A stretch of 63,989 bases of DNA, the filler included, from Neoconidiobolus thromboides FSU 785 (Eukaryota; Fungi; Entomophthoromycota): assembly GCA_025603075.1 (NCBI GenBank). It is 7 parts of 7 records of this genome, joined end to end, with 100 filler letters (N's around TTAATTAATTAA, not from the genome) between each part and the next. Parts side by side here need not be neighbours in the genome. Positions count along the whole stretch, not along the records: positions 1 to 11,043 come from MU626643.1; 6 more parts are not named here. The stretch is one strand, 5' to 3'. Shown here one piece after another: positions 1-11,143 of the stretch; the stretch's first letter is position 1, and each line of letters starts with the position of its first letter. A program made the position numbers and the translations under genes. A model generated the notes under the pieces. The model saw nothing but the letters and a program-made list of their open reading frames with translations. It had not been told where the DNA came from and did not search any database.

Positions 1-1179
1 ACTGTGTTTATATAATTATGTATTTATATAATTATATAATCATATAGTTATATATTATATATCTGTTAAATATCTAACAGAACTAACATAAAATATATAG
101 TTAGGAAAATTAGCTATTTAGGAAAAGGAAACAATTAAAATAAGTTTTAAATAGAGACATTTAATTTTAGGCTTTTTAGATTTAACCGTTATATTGGACA
201 CAAACTTGAAATTTTAAATTTGGATTAATTTCTAAGTAGATTCTGAAACCAATTAGGACAGCCCCATATCTTTTCTTTGTTTTGTTTTATTATAAAATTC
301 CATAAACCTTGGGTTGTTATAAGTAGCTCTTAAAATTGATGTAAATGAATTACAATGTTTATATTGTGTACTCCTCCCTATTGTATTGAAATTTTCAAAA
401 ATTCCATTTCGAAGTCTAGTTATGAAAGTTTGCATTTTATTTTTATTTCAAAAAAAAATAAAGTCAAATAACTGGATTTATATAATTATATAACCATTGT
501 GAAATATCGCTTTGTCAGTCCCATGGTTAGTTATAGCATAACAATCCCCTAAGCTGTCGTGTTCTCGAGTTTAGAGAAAATCAGCCCCACGTTCTTATTT
601 TGATTTGCTATGAGAATTTCTAGCTCCATCCCAAAGAATATTATCTCCTCATTTTGATATTTATACTTTTCAGAGTATAAAAGAGTTTACAGAGTATAGT
701 AGTTCGAAGCTTTTTAACTGAGTTATTCCCTGATATCTCGAACATTTAATAAAGCCACTAAGTTTACTTAATAGTATTTTATATAGATTTTACATTAGTA
801 TTGTCTATTCTATTTGTCTTATATAGCTTGTAACTTATTACGTGCTATTCCTCATAATCCAAGTCTATCTTAGTCACATAAACTAAGACCTTTCGACTTA
901 TAGTGTAGTAAACCCAGCAATAGCTGCTCTTGACTCCAAACCCAGAGTACTAGATTTCACACCATATAGTTATATATTATATATCTACTAAATATCTAAC
1001 ATAAAGAACATAAAATATATAATTAGGAAAATTAGCTATTAAAAAAAAGGAAACAATTAAAATAAGTTTTGAATAAAGAGATTTAATTTAGGCTTTTCAG
1101 ATTTAACCATCACATTAGACACAAATTTAAGAATTGGATTAACTTCTGGGTAAATTCTGAAACCAATTCGGACAACCCC
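1..1179 (-). mobile_element. Nested non-autonomous repeat family B, with GGGG(T/C)TGTCC.AATTGGTTTCAG termini at 265 and 1179
   Basis: About 40-269 and 960-1183 are direct repeats ending in GAAACCAATT.GGACA.CCCC-ATAT. About 100-470 is the reverse complement of 37543-37925, and about 480-900 is the reverse complement of 52150-52580. No transposase ORF. Confidence 0.75.
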
Positions 1180-1229
1180 ATATACTCGTAAATATTTCAA
1201 ATAGTATTATATTAATATTAAGTAAATAA

Positions 1230-1760
1230 ATTATAGCTAACAATAGAAGCACAGAAGTACCAATTCAGTAGCCAACTTCAATCTTTTAGCTATATTGGTA
1301 TTATGTATAAATAGGGATGTTTTTTGGCTTCATTACTTTTTCTATGTTTTAAGCGCTATTTGAGTGGAAAAATCATTAGTGAAATTCTTAAACACAAAAA
1401 TATATCCTTAAATACTAACTGTAAATTAATTCCAATACCAGCTTTGAAGAAACTATAGTATAAGGGAAAGAATAACAGTTGAGGACTGATAAAAACAAAC
1501 AATAGAGATTCTTTATAATTTTAAGTTTGATTCCACAGTGGTAAGAAATTTGACTGAATATCATACACCATAATACCAGTTTATAAGCATAGGGTTATCC
1601 TATCTACTAAATTTTCATTGAACTGTTATGTTGACGATTTAATATAGTAGAGCTTACTCAATATAACTATTGTAAGTACAACTATGACTGCTAACATCAA
1701 CAATACTTTGCGCACCGCTGAATAAACCGCTTTACTTATATTACTTTGAATATTTAATAA
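1230..1760 (-). pseudogene. GPCR-like 7TM family pseudogene interrupted by a MITE
   Basis: Reverse complement aligns by eye to 10640-11043 (LVDR.TL, FFPLYYSF..AGIGINLQLVF.HN, GYWIG). The Trp codon is TGA (1265-1267), frameshifts are present, and a MITE sits at 1313-1409. Confidence 0.7.
1313..1409 (+). mobile_element. MITE family A copy (97 bp) with AAAT target-site duplication
   Basis: AAAT(1309-1312)-AGGGATGT...ATATCCTT-AAAT(1410-1413). Removing the element and one TSD restores the GINLQLVFIHN codons on the minus strand. Confidence 0.9.
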
Positions 1761-3384
1761 CACCCAATTTGACTAAAAAATCAATTTCATCACAAATAGT
1801 AGTTTTTCGTCGTATTTGTACAATTTTTGTTCTCATCATTCTAGTTCTTTAGTTTGATTTTCAACTATAGTCTAAAAATAATAGGACCTATTCAACTAAA
1901 CCATGAAATTCACTTTTTTCTTAAGCTGATTACTTTTTAAGATTGATTTAAACAATATAATAACTATACTAATTTATTATTTTCAGTTTTAATGGATTCA
2001 TTGGATGATAGTAGATTCACAACTTTTAACAGTTTATACCACTGATTATAACGATATAAGATTTTGAAAGATTAATATATGCCATATTATCACTATGATA
2101 TTTTGATTAAATAATATATACATAAAGTAAGTATAAGGGAATGGATTTCAATTTTAATATCTTATTTACATTTCAATAATTTCAATAATTAAATTATTAA
2201 ACTGTACATATTGCTTAATAATTTAACTTGGTTTAAACTTTATTTTTAAAAAATTTAAAACAAGTTGATCATTCCATCTGTATTTATAATTTGTTCAACA
2301 CAAAATTGTTTTTCAACAATAAAAAAATAAATATAAAACAAAAAAAGTGAATTTTTTACTAAAAAAACACAAAAGAGTAGACTCCTTAAGCGTATATTAT
2401 CAAGGATAAAAAACATACCAGAAGTAAACTAACTGATCAAAATAACGATAAAGGTAAGGAGGAAGAAGTGGTAGAAAATTTCACTTGACATTTAACAGCT
2501 TTAATTCTAAAAGTCTATAATTGATGGCTTAGAAATACATTTTAGTTAAAGTAAAATAGATGTTCAAAAGGCCAAAGGAGGTAGTAGATATAGCGATTTG
2601 CTTATTAGCTGATAAATTTTTGTAAATAAAGTGAACAAGTCATACCCTAATATTTATAATAAAAGTTTGAGACCAAGGGAATAAAATGGTAAAGACAAAC
2701 TATATATTTATAGATATGGTTTCTCATGTCATTATAAAACAATTTTTTAGTACAATCATTGAAACTGATTTATTATAAGTATAGAAATAATTAGAACTAT
2801 AAAAAACAAGTTAATTTTAGTAACTTACATTGTTCATGTGAGATGCTAGAAAAACAATGATATTTTATTTTGCTAGGAAATAGTTAGTGAATGATAAAGC
2901 ATTAAATCGATCATTTGAATAATATGAGGCAACGAAAGGGAGGATTTTAGTTTTAAATTTAAAAGGATTCAATTGATTATTTTATTTTATTTAGTTTCAT
3001 TTATTTAAGATATAATAAAAAAATAAATGGTTTGAATTAAAATAAGATATTATAAAACTCTCAATAGATAATATAAAATAGAAAGTATACCTAATCCAAA
3101 AAGGATAGACTGTAATTATGAGATTTCGCTTTAGATTTTAATAACTAATAATACGAAGGTCATGGGCTTTACTAAAGTAGCAACGACATTTAAGTGAATG
3201 ACTATCACTTGATAACTTTTATTACAAATATACTAAATCACAATAGAATTTAAAATATAAATTTATCACAAAATTCCTATCCTTAGTATTCGAATAAAAA
3301 AAGAAAATAAAGCATAGATAAAAAAAGGATAAATAGAAAAGAATTTCAAAAAACTATGTAAATTTTTTTTGCTATAAAGAAAAA

Positions 3385-5168
3385 ATGAATTCTTTAATTT
3401 CAATTTTACTTTTGTCTTTAAACATCAATACCATTTTGTAAGTTTTCTCATATAACTTCCTAACCACCATATACTAACCCTCATCTTTTTCATTAGCTCT
3501 TCTGGTATTCATCATGTAAGACTCCATCAAGAAGGTGATCGCTCTAAAGCTTGTCTCATTATCTCTGAAAGCGAGAACGTCACTTATAAAGACTTAAACT
3601 CCAATGATGTTAATGCTCTTTCTATCCTTAGTAAGCCAGCAATCTCTTCCGCCAACGATAATTTAACTAAAGAATCTGTAAATTCCAATATCATTGAGCT
3701 CTATTCTTATAGTAAATCCATTATTGATGCTCATATTCAATCCATATGTAGTAAAGTAGAAAATTTGAAACCATTATCTTCCTCGGCTAAGAATAGCAAC
3801 GATGATGTCGCTATTAATGCTCCCGATGTACGTAAAATTGTAGATAATGGAGACGCAGCTAATCGTATTGATGTTGTATTTATGGGAGATGGTTATACGG
3901 CTTCAGAGAAAACCAAGTTCTTTTCTGATATTTCGAGATTAACTACAGATATGTTTGAGGGTCCTACTTTTAAATCATGGTTACCCCTATTTAATATTTG
4001 GGCTATTCATGTGGAGTCTGTTGATTCTGGTATCGGTTACAATGGTGCTAAAAACACACCATTTAAATTATATCGTGAAGCTGGTCAATTGAGAGCTATA
4101 TTTACTGGAAATTCTAACTATGCTCGTCAGATTTGCCAGTTGACTGGTAGTAATGCTTGTGATTATCCAAGCTTAATTGCTAATGACGATTATTATGGAG
4201 GTTTAGGCGGAGAATTCGTAATTTCTACTAAATCAGCAAGAACCGGTACCGTTGTGTTACGTCATGAAATGGGTCATAATTTTGTATCTGTTGGTGAAGA
4301 ATATGATAATGGGCAGGTTTATTCAGGTGTTAATGCAGCTACTTCAATTAATACTGGATGGAAAAATTGGATATCTGGACCTGTAAGAGAAGAAAAAGCC
4401 ATTTATAGATTATTGGAATATCCTTGGCATAATCTTGCTAATGGCCAAAAATCTTTTACTTTTACATCTGATGGTAAATTTAAAAGATGGTATTTATTGA
4501 CTTCGGTTACTGCTGCTGGTGAAGCTAATTCTTTAGAATTTGTTCTTGATGGTAAAGTACTACCTTGGCAAGCAAGAGGTAGTGATGATCGTGAATTCTA
4601 CGACTGGCGTGGAGAACAAGGATTTACAGCTGGCACTCATACTTTGACTGTAAGATCTAAGACAGCTTCAACAAATCAAGATATACCACGTATGATTGCT
4701 TCAGTTACATTACATGAGTTTGGAGATGAAAATGAATTTAAAATAGCTAATGATAATTACTCCGCTTACCCTACTTGGGATGTTAATCGTAGAAAAACAT
4801 ATCGTCCAACCAACGCAGGTTGTTTAATGAGAAACATGACTCATAATTCTTTCTGTAATGTTTGCAAAGAAGGTATGTGGTTCCAATTTTTAAAACGTAT
4901 TTCGTTGATTGATGGGGTGAAGGCAGATAAAACTAAAATTTCTTTATCTACTCTTAAAATTGGTCAATTCCGTACACCTACTCCTGTACCCGGTGAAAAA
5001 TTAAGCATTACTTGGACTTTAAATAATCAAGTTCAAACTCAATTTAAAGATCAATTAGAAATTTTAAATCCATCTTCTGGTTCTTGGTCTGTTACTGTGG
5101 AATTTATTAGTCCTGAAATTCGTACTGCTTCTACTCATACTAAAGATGTAAAATCTTTTACTGTCTAA
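3385..5168 (+). CDS. Secreted M64-family (IgA peptidase-like) zinc metallopeptidase, 2 exons
   Basis: HEMGH zincin motif followed by GEEY, N-terminal IDVVFMGDGY, C-terminal CLMR...FCNVC. ATG at 3385 gives signal peptide MNSLISILLLSLNINTIFS. Intron 3438-3496; exon 2 is open in frame into the tracked ORF at 3765. Confidence 0.85.
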
Positions 5169-5306
5169 ATAAAATAAACAAGCTCGATTATAAAAACTAT
5201 TCTCAACTTCTATTAAAGTATAAAAAATCATTTTAATTACGATCGTTTTTTATTTCTAACTAAATTAATCTATAATCTTAAAAAACGCAGTCCCATCCCC
5301 TACTAT

Positions 5307-5774
5307 CTATTCTTCCTTTTTTTTTCCAATTCCCTTTTGCTTCATATATTCTTCCATCTCTTTCCTATTATCAAACTTCATCACCATTTCATCATTACTT
5401 TTGGCAATAGTATCCAAATTCGATTTATAATCCTCAAACCAATTCAAATTATCTGCAATTAAATGTCGGTTATCACATCCAGTACACTGAATTAAGACTA
5501 CTCCTTGTGTGTATGCTACTTTAGAGATTTCATTACTATTATAGACATTACATACTTTACATTTAAAGGTTAAACTCAGTTTTGCTTCTTTAGTATTTGG
5601 AGAAGGTGGGGGAGGAGCATTGGTGGTGGGTAATTGTTCTTTTGGGCGATGGCTCGTGATGAAACTGCGAGAGTGTAAATTTATATTTTGAGTGTATGCG
5701 GTTTTACATATTTGCTTTTTGAATTCGGTTAATAAGGATAATTGTAAGCGTTGATATAGTCTTGTTGCTCGCAT
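5307..5774 (-). CDS. ZIM17: Mitochondrial DNL-type zinc-finger Hsp70 escort protein (Zim17/Hep1/Tim15)
   Basis: FKCKVC...ISKVAYTQGVVLIQCTGCDNRHLIADNLNWF; Arg-rich N-terminal presequence. Confidence 0.93.
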   Translation of the reverse strand: MRATRLYQRLQLSLLTEFKKQICKTAYTQNINLHSRSFITSHRPKEQLPTTNAPPPPSPNTKEAKLSLTFKCKVCNVYNSNEISKVAYTQGVVLIQCTGCDNRHLIADNLNWFEDYKSNLDTIAKSNDEMVMKFDNRKEMEEYMKQKGIGKKKEE

Positions 5775-5967
5775 ACTTTTTTCAAATAGAACAAAATTAG
5801 GATAAAAAATTCAGTTAATTCGGAGGCTTAGTCTTGGTGTAATAAACTGAAATAAAAATCAACCAATTAAATAGTATAGTTTATTGGCAAAATGAATTTC
5901 GTAATTTCAATAAAAAATATAATTCATTTAAAATCTTGTACTATTTTAAAGTTTATTAATTTTAGTT

Positions 5968-6977
5968 ATGGAGGAAGAAGGTAATTAAATAAAATTAAAT
6001 AAAATTAAATAATCAATTCGACTAATTTTACTTGTGTAAGATGGAATAAAGTTATATAATAATAGTAAAGAAAGAGGGGAGATATTAAATTTAGCCAATT
6101 TACATTCGATAATAATAGCTATGGAATTATTAGAAAAAGGCTATTCTTCTGGTATTATTGAACCTGAAGAGTAAGTATCAATATATCCCCATTAATTCAC
6201 CAACCCATCAAATATATTCAGTTAACAAAATATTCAATTACTTTATAGGTATACGGAAGAGTGCAATTTGTTAATAGCTCAATATAAAGTGGCTTTAACT
6301 TCAGTTAGTAAAAAGATGCCAAACTTGGACACATTTCTAAAAACTTATCAGGTAAGGATAGGATTTGTTTTAGGATTGAGGATGTTGTAGTTTATGGTTT
6401 TATTATTAATTTAGTTTGAAGCTCCCTTAGCTAAATTTCGATTTCAAGAAGGTTACCCAGCGACGCTGCTATTAGCTAAAAATGAAAATAATAATTCTGT
6501 TGTTAAGAAAACGCTATTTGCTGGCGAGGTAAGTTAATCATAATATAATATTACTCCTTAATGTTAATAATACATAAAATAATTGGTTTTATTAATCTTA
6601 TAATTGTAGAAATTTATTACAGTTATCGATTCTTTAGAGTTGGGTTATAATCAACCAAGTCAATTATTTCCTGAACTATCAGCCTTAGCACAAACGATCA
6701 ATTCGTTAGCTTTAGAGTCTAACGGTATTCAAAATTTTGATGGAAAAGATAAAATATTTGATTGGTAAGATATTTAATGTTATTAATAATACTATAAATA
6801 GGATAATAATGATAACACATATTATTATCTTATATGCCCTATATTAATTTGGATTATTTTAGGTTGAGAGTTATAAATTCCATGAAAGCCAATCAAGAAT
6901 TAACTGAAGATGAAATTCATAATTTTAAATTTGATATTGATAAAGCTTACATTGGATTTAAAGATGCCTTACCTTAA
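5968..6977 (+). CDS. VPS28: ESCRT-I subunit Vps28, multi-exon
   Basis: Spliced translation IKLYNNSKERGEILNLANLHSIIIAMELLEKGY...EEYTEECNLLIAQYK...FITVIDSLELGY...KFDIDKAY; several GT-AG introns. Not in the ORF track. Confidence 0.85.
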
Positions 6978-7095
6978 TGATTGTTATAATAATATAAAAC
7001 TCAAAGTAAAAAATGTATATATTTGTAAATAATTTATAGATAATTTATTAACTTTATAGAATATATTTATTTTATATAATTTACTTATATATAAT

Positions 7096-8847
7096 TTATT
7101 GTTCTATAGTATTATCATTATTATTGCCATTTATCTTATTAATAGTAATAGGCTTCATTAATATATCTGCATTTAATGCCTCATGAATATGATTAACTAC
7201 TTGGTTAATATTAACTCTAATTTGTTTTTGAGTATCTCTAAAACGAATAGTCACCGTTTCATCTTCTAATGTTTGATAATCAATAGTAATACAATAAGGA
7301 GTGCCAATTTCATCCATACGATAGTATTTTTTACCAATTTTTAATTGTTGATTTAATAATCTAGTTGAGATATTTCTAATTAAAAATTGACTATTTAATT
7401 GTTCTGCTATATTATTGAATTCTTCTTTGTTGATTAAGGGACATATTCCCACCTTGATGGGTGCTATTTTGGGGTTTAATTTCAATATAATACGATCTTG
7501 TTGGATGGTGAATGCATCTAATAGTATAGCTAAACATGCTCGATTTAATCCAGAAGAGGATTCGATTACATAAGGTATTACTTGATTGTCATTTTCATTA
7601 TTCTCATTATTATTTACTAACTCATTATTACTACTTTTATTACTATTATTATTGATATTTTCATTATCTGTAATTCTAAAATTTCTACCACTAGCATTCA
7701 TATGGGATTTCAAATCAAAGTCGCCTCTATTAGCAATACCTTCTAACTCGCCCCAGCCCCAAGGAAACATGAACTCCACATCTGTACAAGCCTTTGCATA
7801 ATGAGCTAGTTCTTTATCTTCATGATTTCTTTTACGAAATAACTCTTTATTGTTAACTAACTCAAACCACCAATCCATTCTTTTTTGGACATAAACATCA
7901 AACCATTCATTAGCTTTCTTAGGTAAAGTAAAAAATTGTAACTCCATTTGTTCAAATTCTAAAGTTCTAAAGATCATATGTTCTACTCTTAATTCATTTC
8001 GGAAACTTTTACCTAATTGAGCTACACCAAAAGGTATTTTATTACCTGCAAATCTCAAACAATAAAGGTAATTGATAAATACGCCTTGTGCCGTTTCTGG
8101 GCGTAGATAAACGACAGAGGTATTATTGATCTGCTCTAATGTTTCTTTTGGGTTTGGAGATTCTATTAATCGTTGTAAAGGATCTATAGGATCCAAAAAT
8201 GTTTTAAACATACAATTAAACTTTCGGCTTTCTGTCAAAAAAGGAGAATTGATTTTAGATACATAACCATTATATGGATACTCTATAACTTCTTCTTTAT
8301 TATTTAAAAATTCAATCCTACCTTTATAATCATTACTATCTTCTGGTTTTATTACTTGTTTAATAAATAATTTGATTTGTTTATTTTTAATTTGATATTT
8401 AATCCCTTTTAACCCAATATTGCTTTCAATAATCTTTAAAAAGCCCTCTACGTCATTTTCATTCTCCGCAATAACTTTAATATACTTTTCTCCTTCCTTA
8501 TCCCCGCTAATCCTTAATTCCCCTGCCTTATCTGGTCTGAATCTCTCCTTTGATAATATATCATCTACCAACTCATCCGTAAAATTCTTCAAATGTCCTG
8601 ATGCTGAAAATACTTGAGAGCTATTTAATATACTAGTATCTAAGCCCATGACCTGGGGATCTGTAGTTACCATCCGATACCACCAATGCGAACTGATGTT
8701 TTTTTTTAACTCTAAACCTAGAGGACCATAGTCATACCCTCCTCGTAAACCGCCATAGATCTCACTGCTTGGGAATAAGTAGCCACTACGCTTGCACAGT
8801 TCGATCAGTTTGACCATTACGTTTTTTGGGTATTTGATAGGTTTCAT
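7096..8847 (-). CDS. glyQS: Glycyl-tRNA synthetase, homodimeric alpha2 type with bacterial-like motifs, intronless
   Basis: SEIYGGLRGGYDYGPLG, YLRPETAQG, GKSFRNE, FEQMELQFF, LAHYAKACTDVEFMFPWGWGELEGIANRGDFDL, and an anticodon-binding domain DEIGTPYCITID. Confidence 0.9.
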   Translation of the reverse strand: MKPIKYPKNVMVKLIELCKRSGYLFPSSEIYGGLRGGYDYGPLGLELKKNISSHWWYRMVTTDPQVMGLDTSILNSSQVFSASGHLKNFTDELVDDILSKERFRPDKAGELRISGDKEGEKYIKVIAENENDVEGFLKIIESNIGLKGIKYQIKNKQIKLFIKQVIKPEDSNDYKGRIEFLNNKEEVIEYPYNGYVSKINSPFLTESRKFNCMFKTFLDPIDPLQRLIESPNPKETLEQINNTSVVYLRPETAQGVFINYLYCLRFAGNKIPFGVAQLGKSFRNELRVEHMIFRTLEFEQMELQFFTLPKKANEWFDVYVQKRMDWWFELVNNKELFRKRNHEDKELAHYAKACTDVEFMFPWGWGELEGIANRGDFDLKSHMNASGRNFRITDNENINNNSNKSSNNELVNNNENNENDNQVIPYVIESSSGLNRACLAILLDAFTIQQDRIILKLNPKIAPIKVGICPLINKEEFNNIAEQLNSQFLIRNISTRLLNQQLKIGKKYYRMDEIGTPYCITIDYQTLEDETVTIRFRDTQKQIRVNINQVVNHIHEALNADILMKPITINKINGNNNDNTIEQ

Positions 8848-9159
8848 GGTTATGATTGAGGATTATATATAACTATGTTATTTTTTGAGATTTTGAGTTT
8901 TCTGTTAAGATAAAAACTCTGGATTTCAATTTTTCAAGAAATTTGGGATTTTGAAATTAAATTTTTTCGACTTAAAATCTGGGCATATAGGTGTTTCATT
9001 TTTTTAAATCTTGATAAGAAATTTCATTCACTACTACTCTGCTATGGTTTGAACATAAATTTGAGATTTTTGTTTTTGTTTGACATATACATAAATAATC
9101 TCAAAACCAAAATCTAATCTTTTATATTTTTACTAATTAATTAAGAAACAATAGAAAAC

Positions 9160-10090
9160 AATGTCCATCAAATCTTATCACGATTATGTTACAGAAGTGG
9201 CTTATCAGTAATATCAAAATCTTCTTTAGTATTAACGATAGTAGTTATATTAACAGTGGTAATATTAAGTAATTTATTGCATACTACCACTTTATCATTG
9301 TCGAATATTAACTCTCAAAATATAGTTATTTATAATCGAAAACTAGTAGATAGAATTCACCTTATAATTATAAACTGGTATCTCATGCTATGATATATGG
9401 TTCCATTGACTACTTTTATGGAATCGACTCTATAGTTATGAAGGATCTCTGTCGTGTGCTTTTATTGTTTATTAATTATTTTCATTCCCGTTGTCTTATT
9501 GTTTTTTGAATACTGCTATTGGATTGAATTTATAATTGATATTTTTACATAATGTTAATGTGACAAAAAGAATGGAGGTAGCATATTAGTTAGGCGCTGT
9601 GAGATTGGCTTTATTAATTACATTACCCCCATTGAGTAAGTTTTGAGGTTTATAATGTTGAATTTTTATGGATTCGCTTATTATTTAGCTATCCAGGTAG
9701 TAGGTTATGGTGAGTTTAATAAATGTTATATAGTTAGTAACGATCTAAATTCGACTAAATTGATCCATTTTTTTACAAATTTAATAATAATATGTATATT
9801 TTACTTGGTCACTATAGTTGTATTACTTACTATTAAATTATATCGTTGTATGCGTTTAATTTATGATCAAGGAGAAAATGTTGACAATGGATTATCAAAA
9901 AAAGCAATGAAAAAAATTATATTGTTGATTTCTAGAATGTAGGTGTTGCTCATATAAATAGTCTATAGTTTGTAATATTGACACGTTTTTAATAGTTCTT
10001 TATATTCAATAGTTATGATTATCACTCATCCTGATTTAGTAATTAACCAAACAATATCTGAATTTATCGAAATTGATTCATTAGAGCTAG
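9160..10090 (+). pseudogene. GPCR-like 7TM family pseudogene
   Basis: Homologous by eye to 10612-11043. In-frame stops: TAA at 9533 replaces Gln and TAG at 9587 replaces Trp. Tracked ORF 9643-9942 is a residual transmembrane segment. Confidence 0.65.
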
Positions 10091-10094
10091 ATAT

Positions 10095-10174
10095 GAGGGT
10101 GTTTTTTTCATTTTTAAGTGCTATTTGAGCGGAAGAATTATTAGTCGAATTCTTAAACATAAAAACACATCCCC
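10095..10174 (+). mobile_element. MITE family A copy (80 bp, internal deletion)
   Basis: ATAT-GAGGGTGT...ACATCCCC-ATAT. Confidence 0.85.
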
Positions 10175-10196
10175 ATATCTTGCTTATTTAACAGGT

Positions 10197-10289
10197 GGAG
10201 ATGTTTTTTTTGGTTTCCTCACTTTTCCATTCTTAAAGCGCTATTTAAGTGGAAAAGTTGCTAGTAAAATTCTTAAAAAATACATCCTC
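10197..10289 (+). mobile_element. MITE family A copy
   Basis: Core AAGCGCTATTTAAGTGGAAAAG; right end ACATCCTC-ATAT; left end degenerate. Confidence 0.75.
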
Positions 10290-10611
10290 ATATTGAATCA
10301 AAAATGGGTTCAATTCAGACATAGTTCACATTTTATTGGTTTGTAATAGTATGAAAACTTTTATTAAAGTGCTAAGCTTAATTTATTCAAACTTGCAAAC
10401 AGGTTTTTCGAAAAAATAAACTTTAAATCAAACTGGTAAAGTGGAATTGAAAATGTTATATTAATATTGACCCAATGTCTATGTATTTTAAGATAGAACA
10501 TTATTTATAATATATTAGGAAATCGAAAATTCTAAGGGATAGAAAACAATGTACTTAAAATGGAATATAAATACGAGCATTTGATTCCAATAGAAATTGA
10601 TTTTTATTATA

Positions 10612-11043
10612 ATGAATCTCGAAGAATATAGTGAATATGTAAATAAAGTAGTTTATCCAACAATGTCAAAGGTATCTTTAGTATTGGCCATCATAGTAGT
10701 ACTTACAATGGTATTGTTAAGTAAGTACTAGAACTATCTATCAATTAATATAATATTCTAATTTAGCAATAGCAATATATGATTTTAAATTGGTTGATAG
10801 AGTAACTCTTAGGCTACAAACTGGTGTTATATTATATGATATTTGGTTGCATTCTTTACCACTATGGAATCGTCCATATAATAAAGATGGATCGCCTTTA
10901 TGTACATTTATTGCTTACCAACTACTGTTCTTTCCTTTATATTATAGCTTTCTCAATGCTGCTATTGGGATTAATTTACAATTAGTCTTTCTGCATAACA
11001 TTAGCGTAACATGGAAAGTAGAAGCAGGTTATTGGATTGGAAC
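10612..11043 (+). CDS. GPCR-like 7TM protein (cAMP-receptor/Git3-like), 5' part, truncated by gap
   Basis: ATG at 10612, hydrophobic TM1, one short intron, then KLVDRVTLRLQ...CTFIAYQLLFFPLYYSFLNAAIGINLQLVF...YWIG. Family assignment is inferred from motif and TM spacing. Confidence 0.6.
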
Positions 11044-11143
11044 NNNNNNNNNNNNNNNNNNNNNNNNNNNNNNNNNNNNNNNNNNNNTTAATTAATTAAN
11101 NNNNNNNNNNNNNNNNNNNNNNNNNNNNNNNNNNNNNNNNNNN
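11044..11143. other. Assembly spacer N44-TTAATTAATTAA-N44
   Basis: Identical 100-bp spacers at 38029-38128, 51335-51434, 52632-52731, 54028-54127 and 61000-61099. Confidence 0.97.

Noticed and set aside
253-435. 60-aa ORF, and the related 37889-38080 ORF, as a transposase remnant
   Set aside because: Inside AT-rich family B repeat; no DDE or DNA-binding motif, and the frame is not conserved between copies.
7586-8617. Plus-strand ORFs of 71 and 65 aa
   Set aside because: Antisense shadows of the GlyRS gene.
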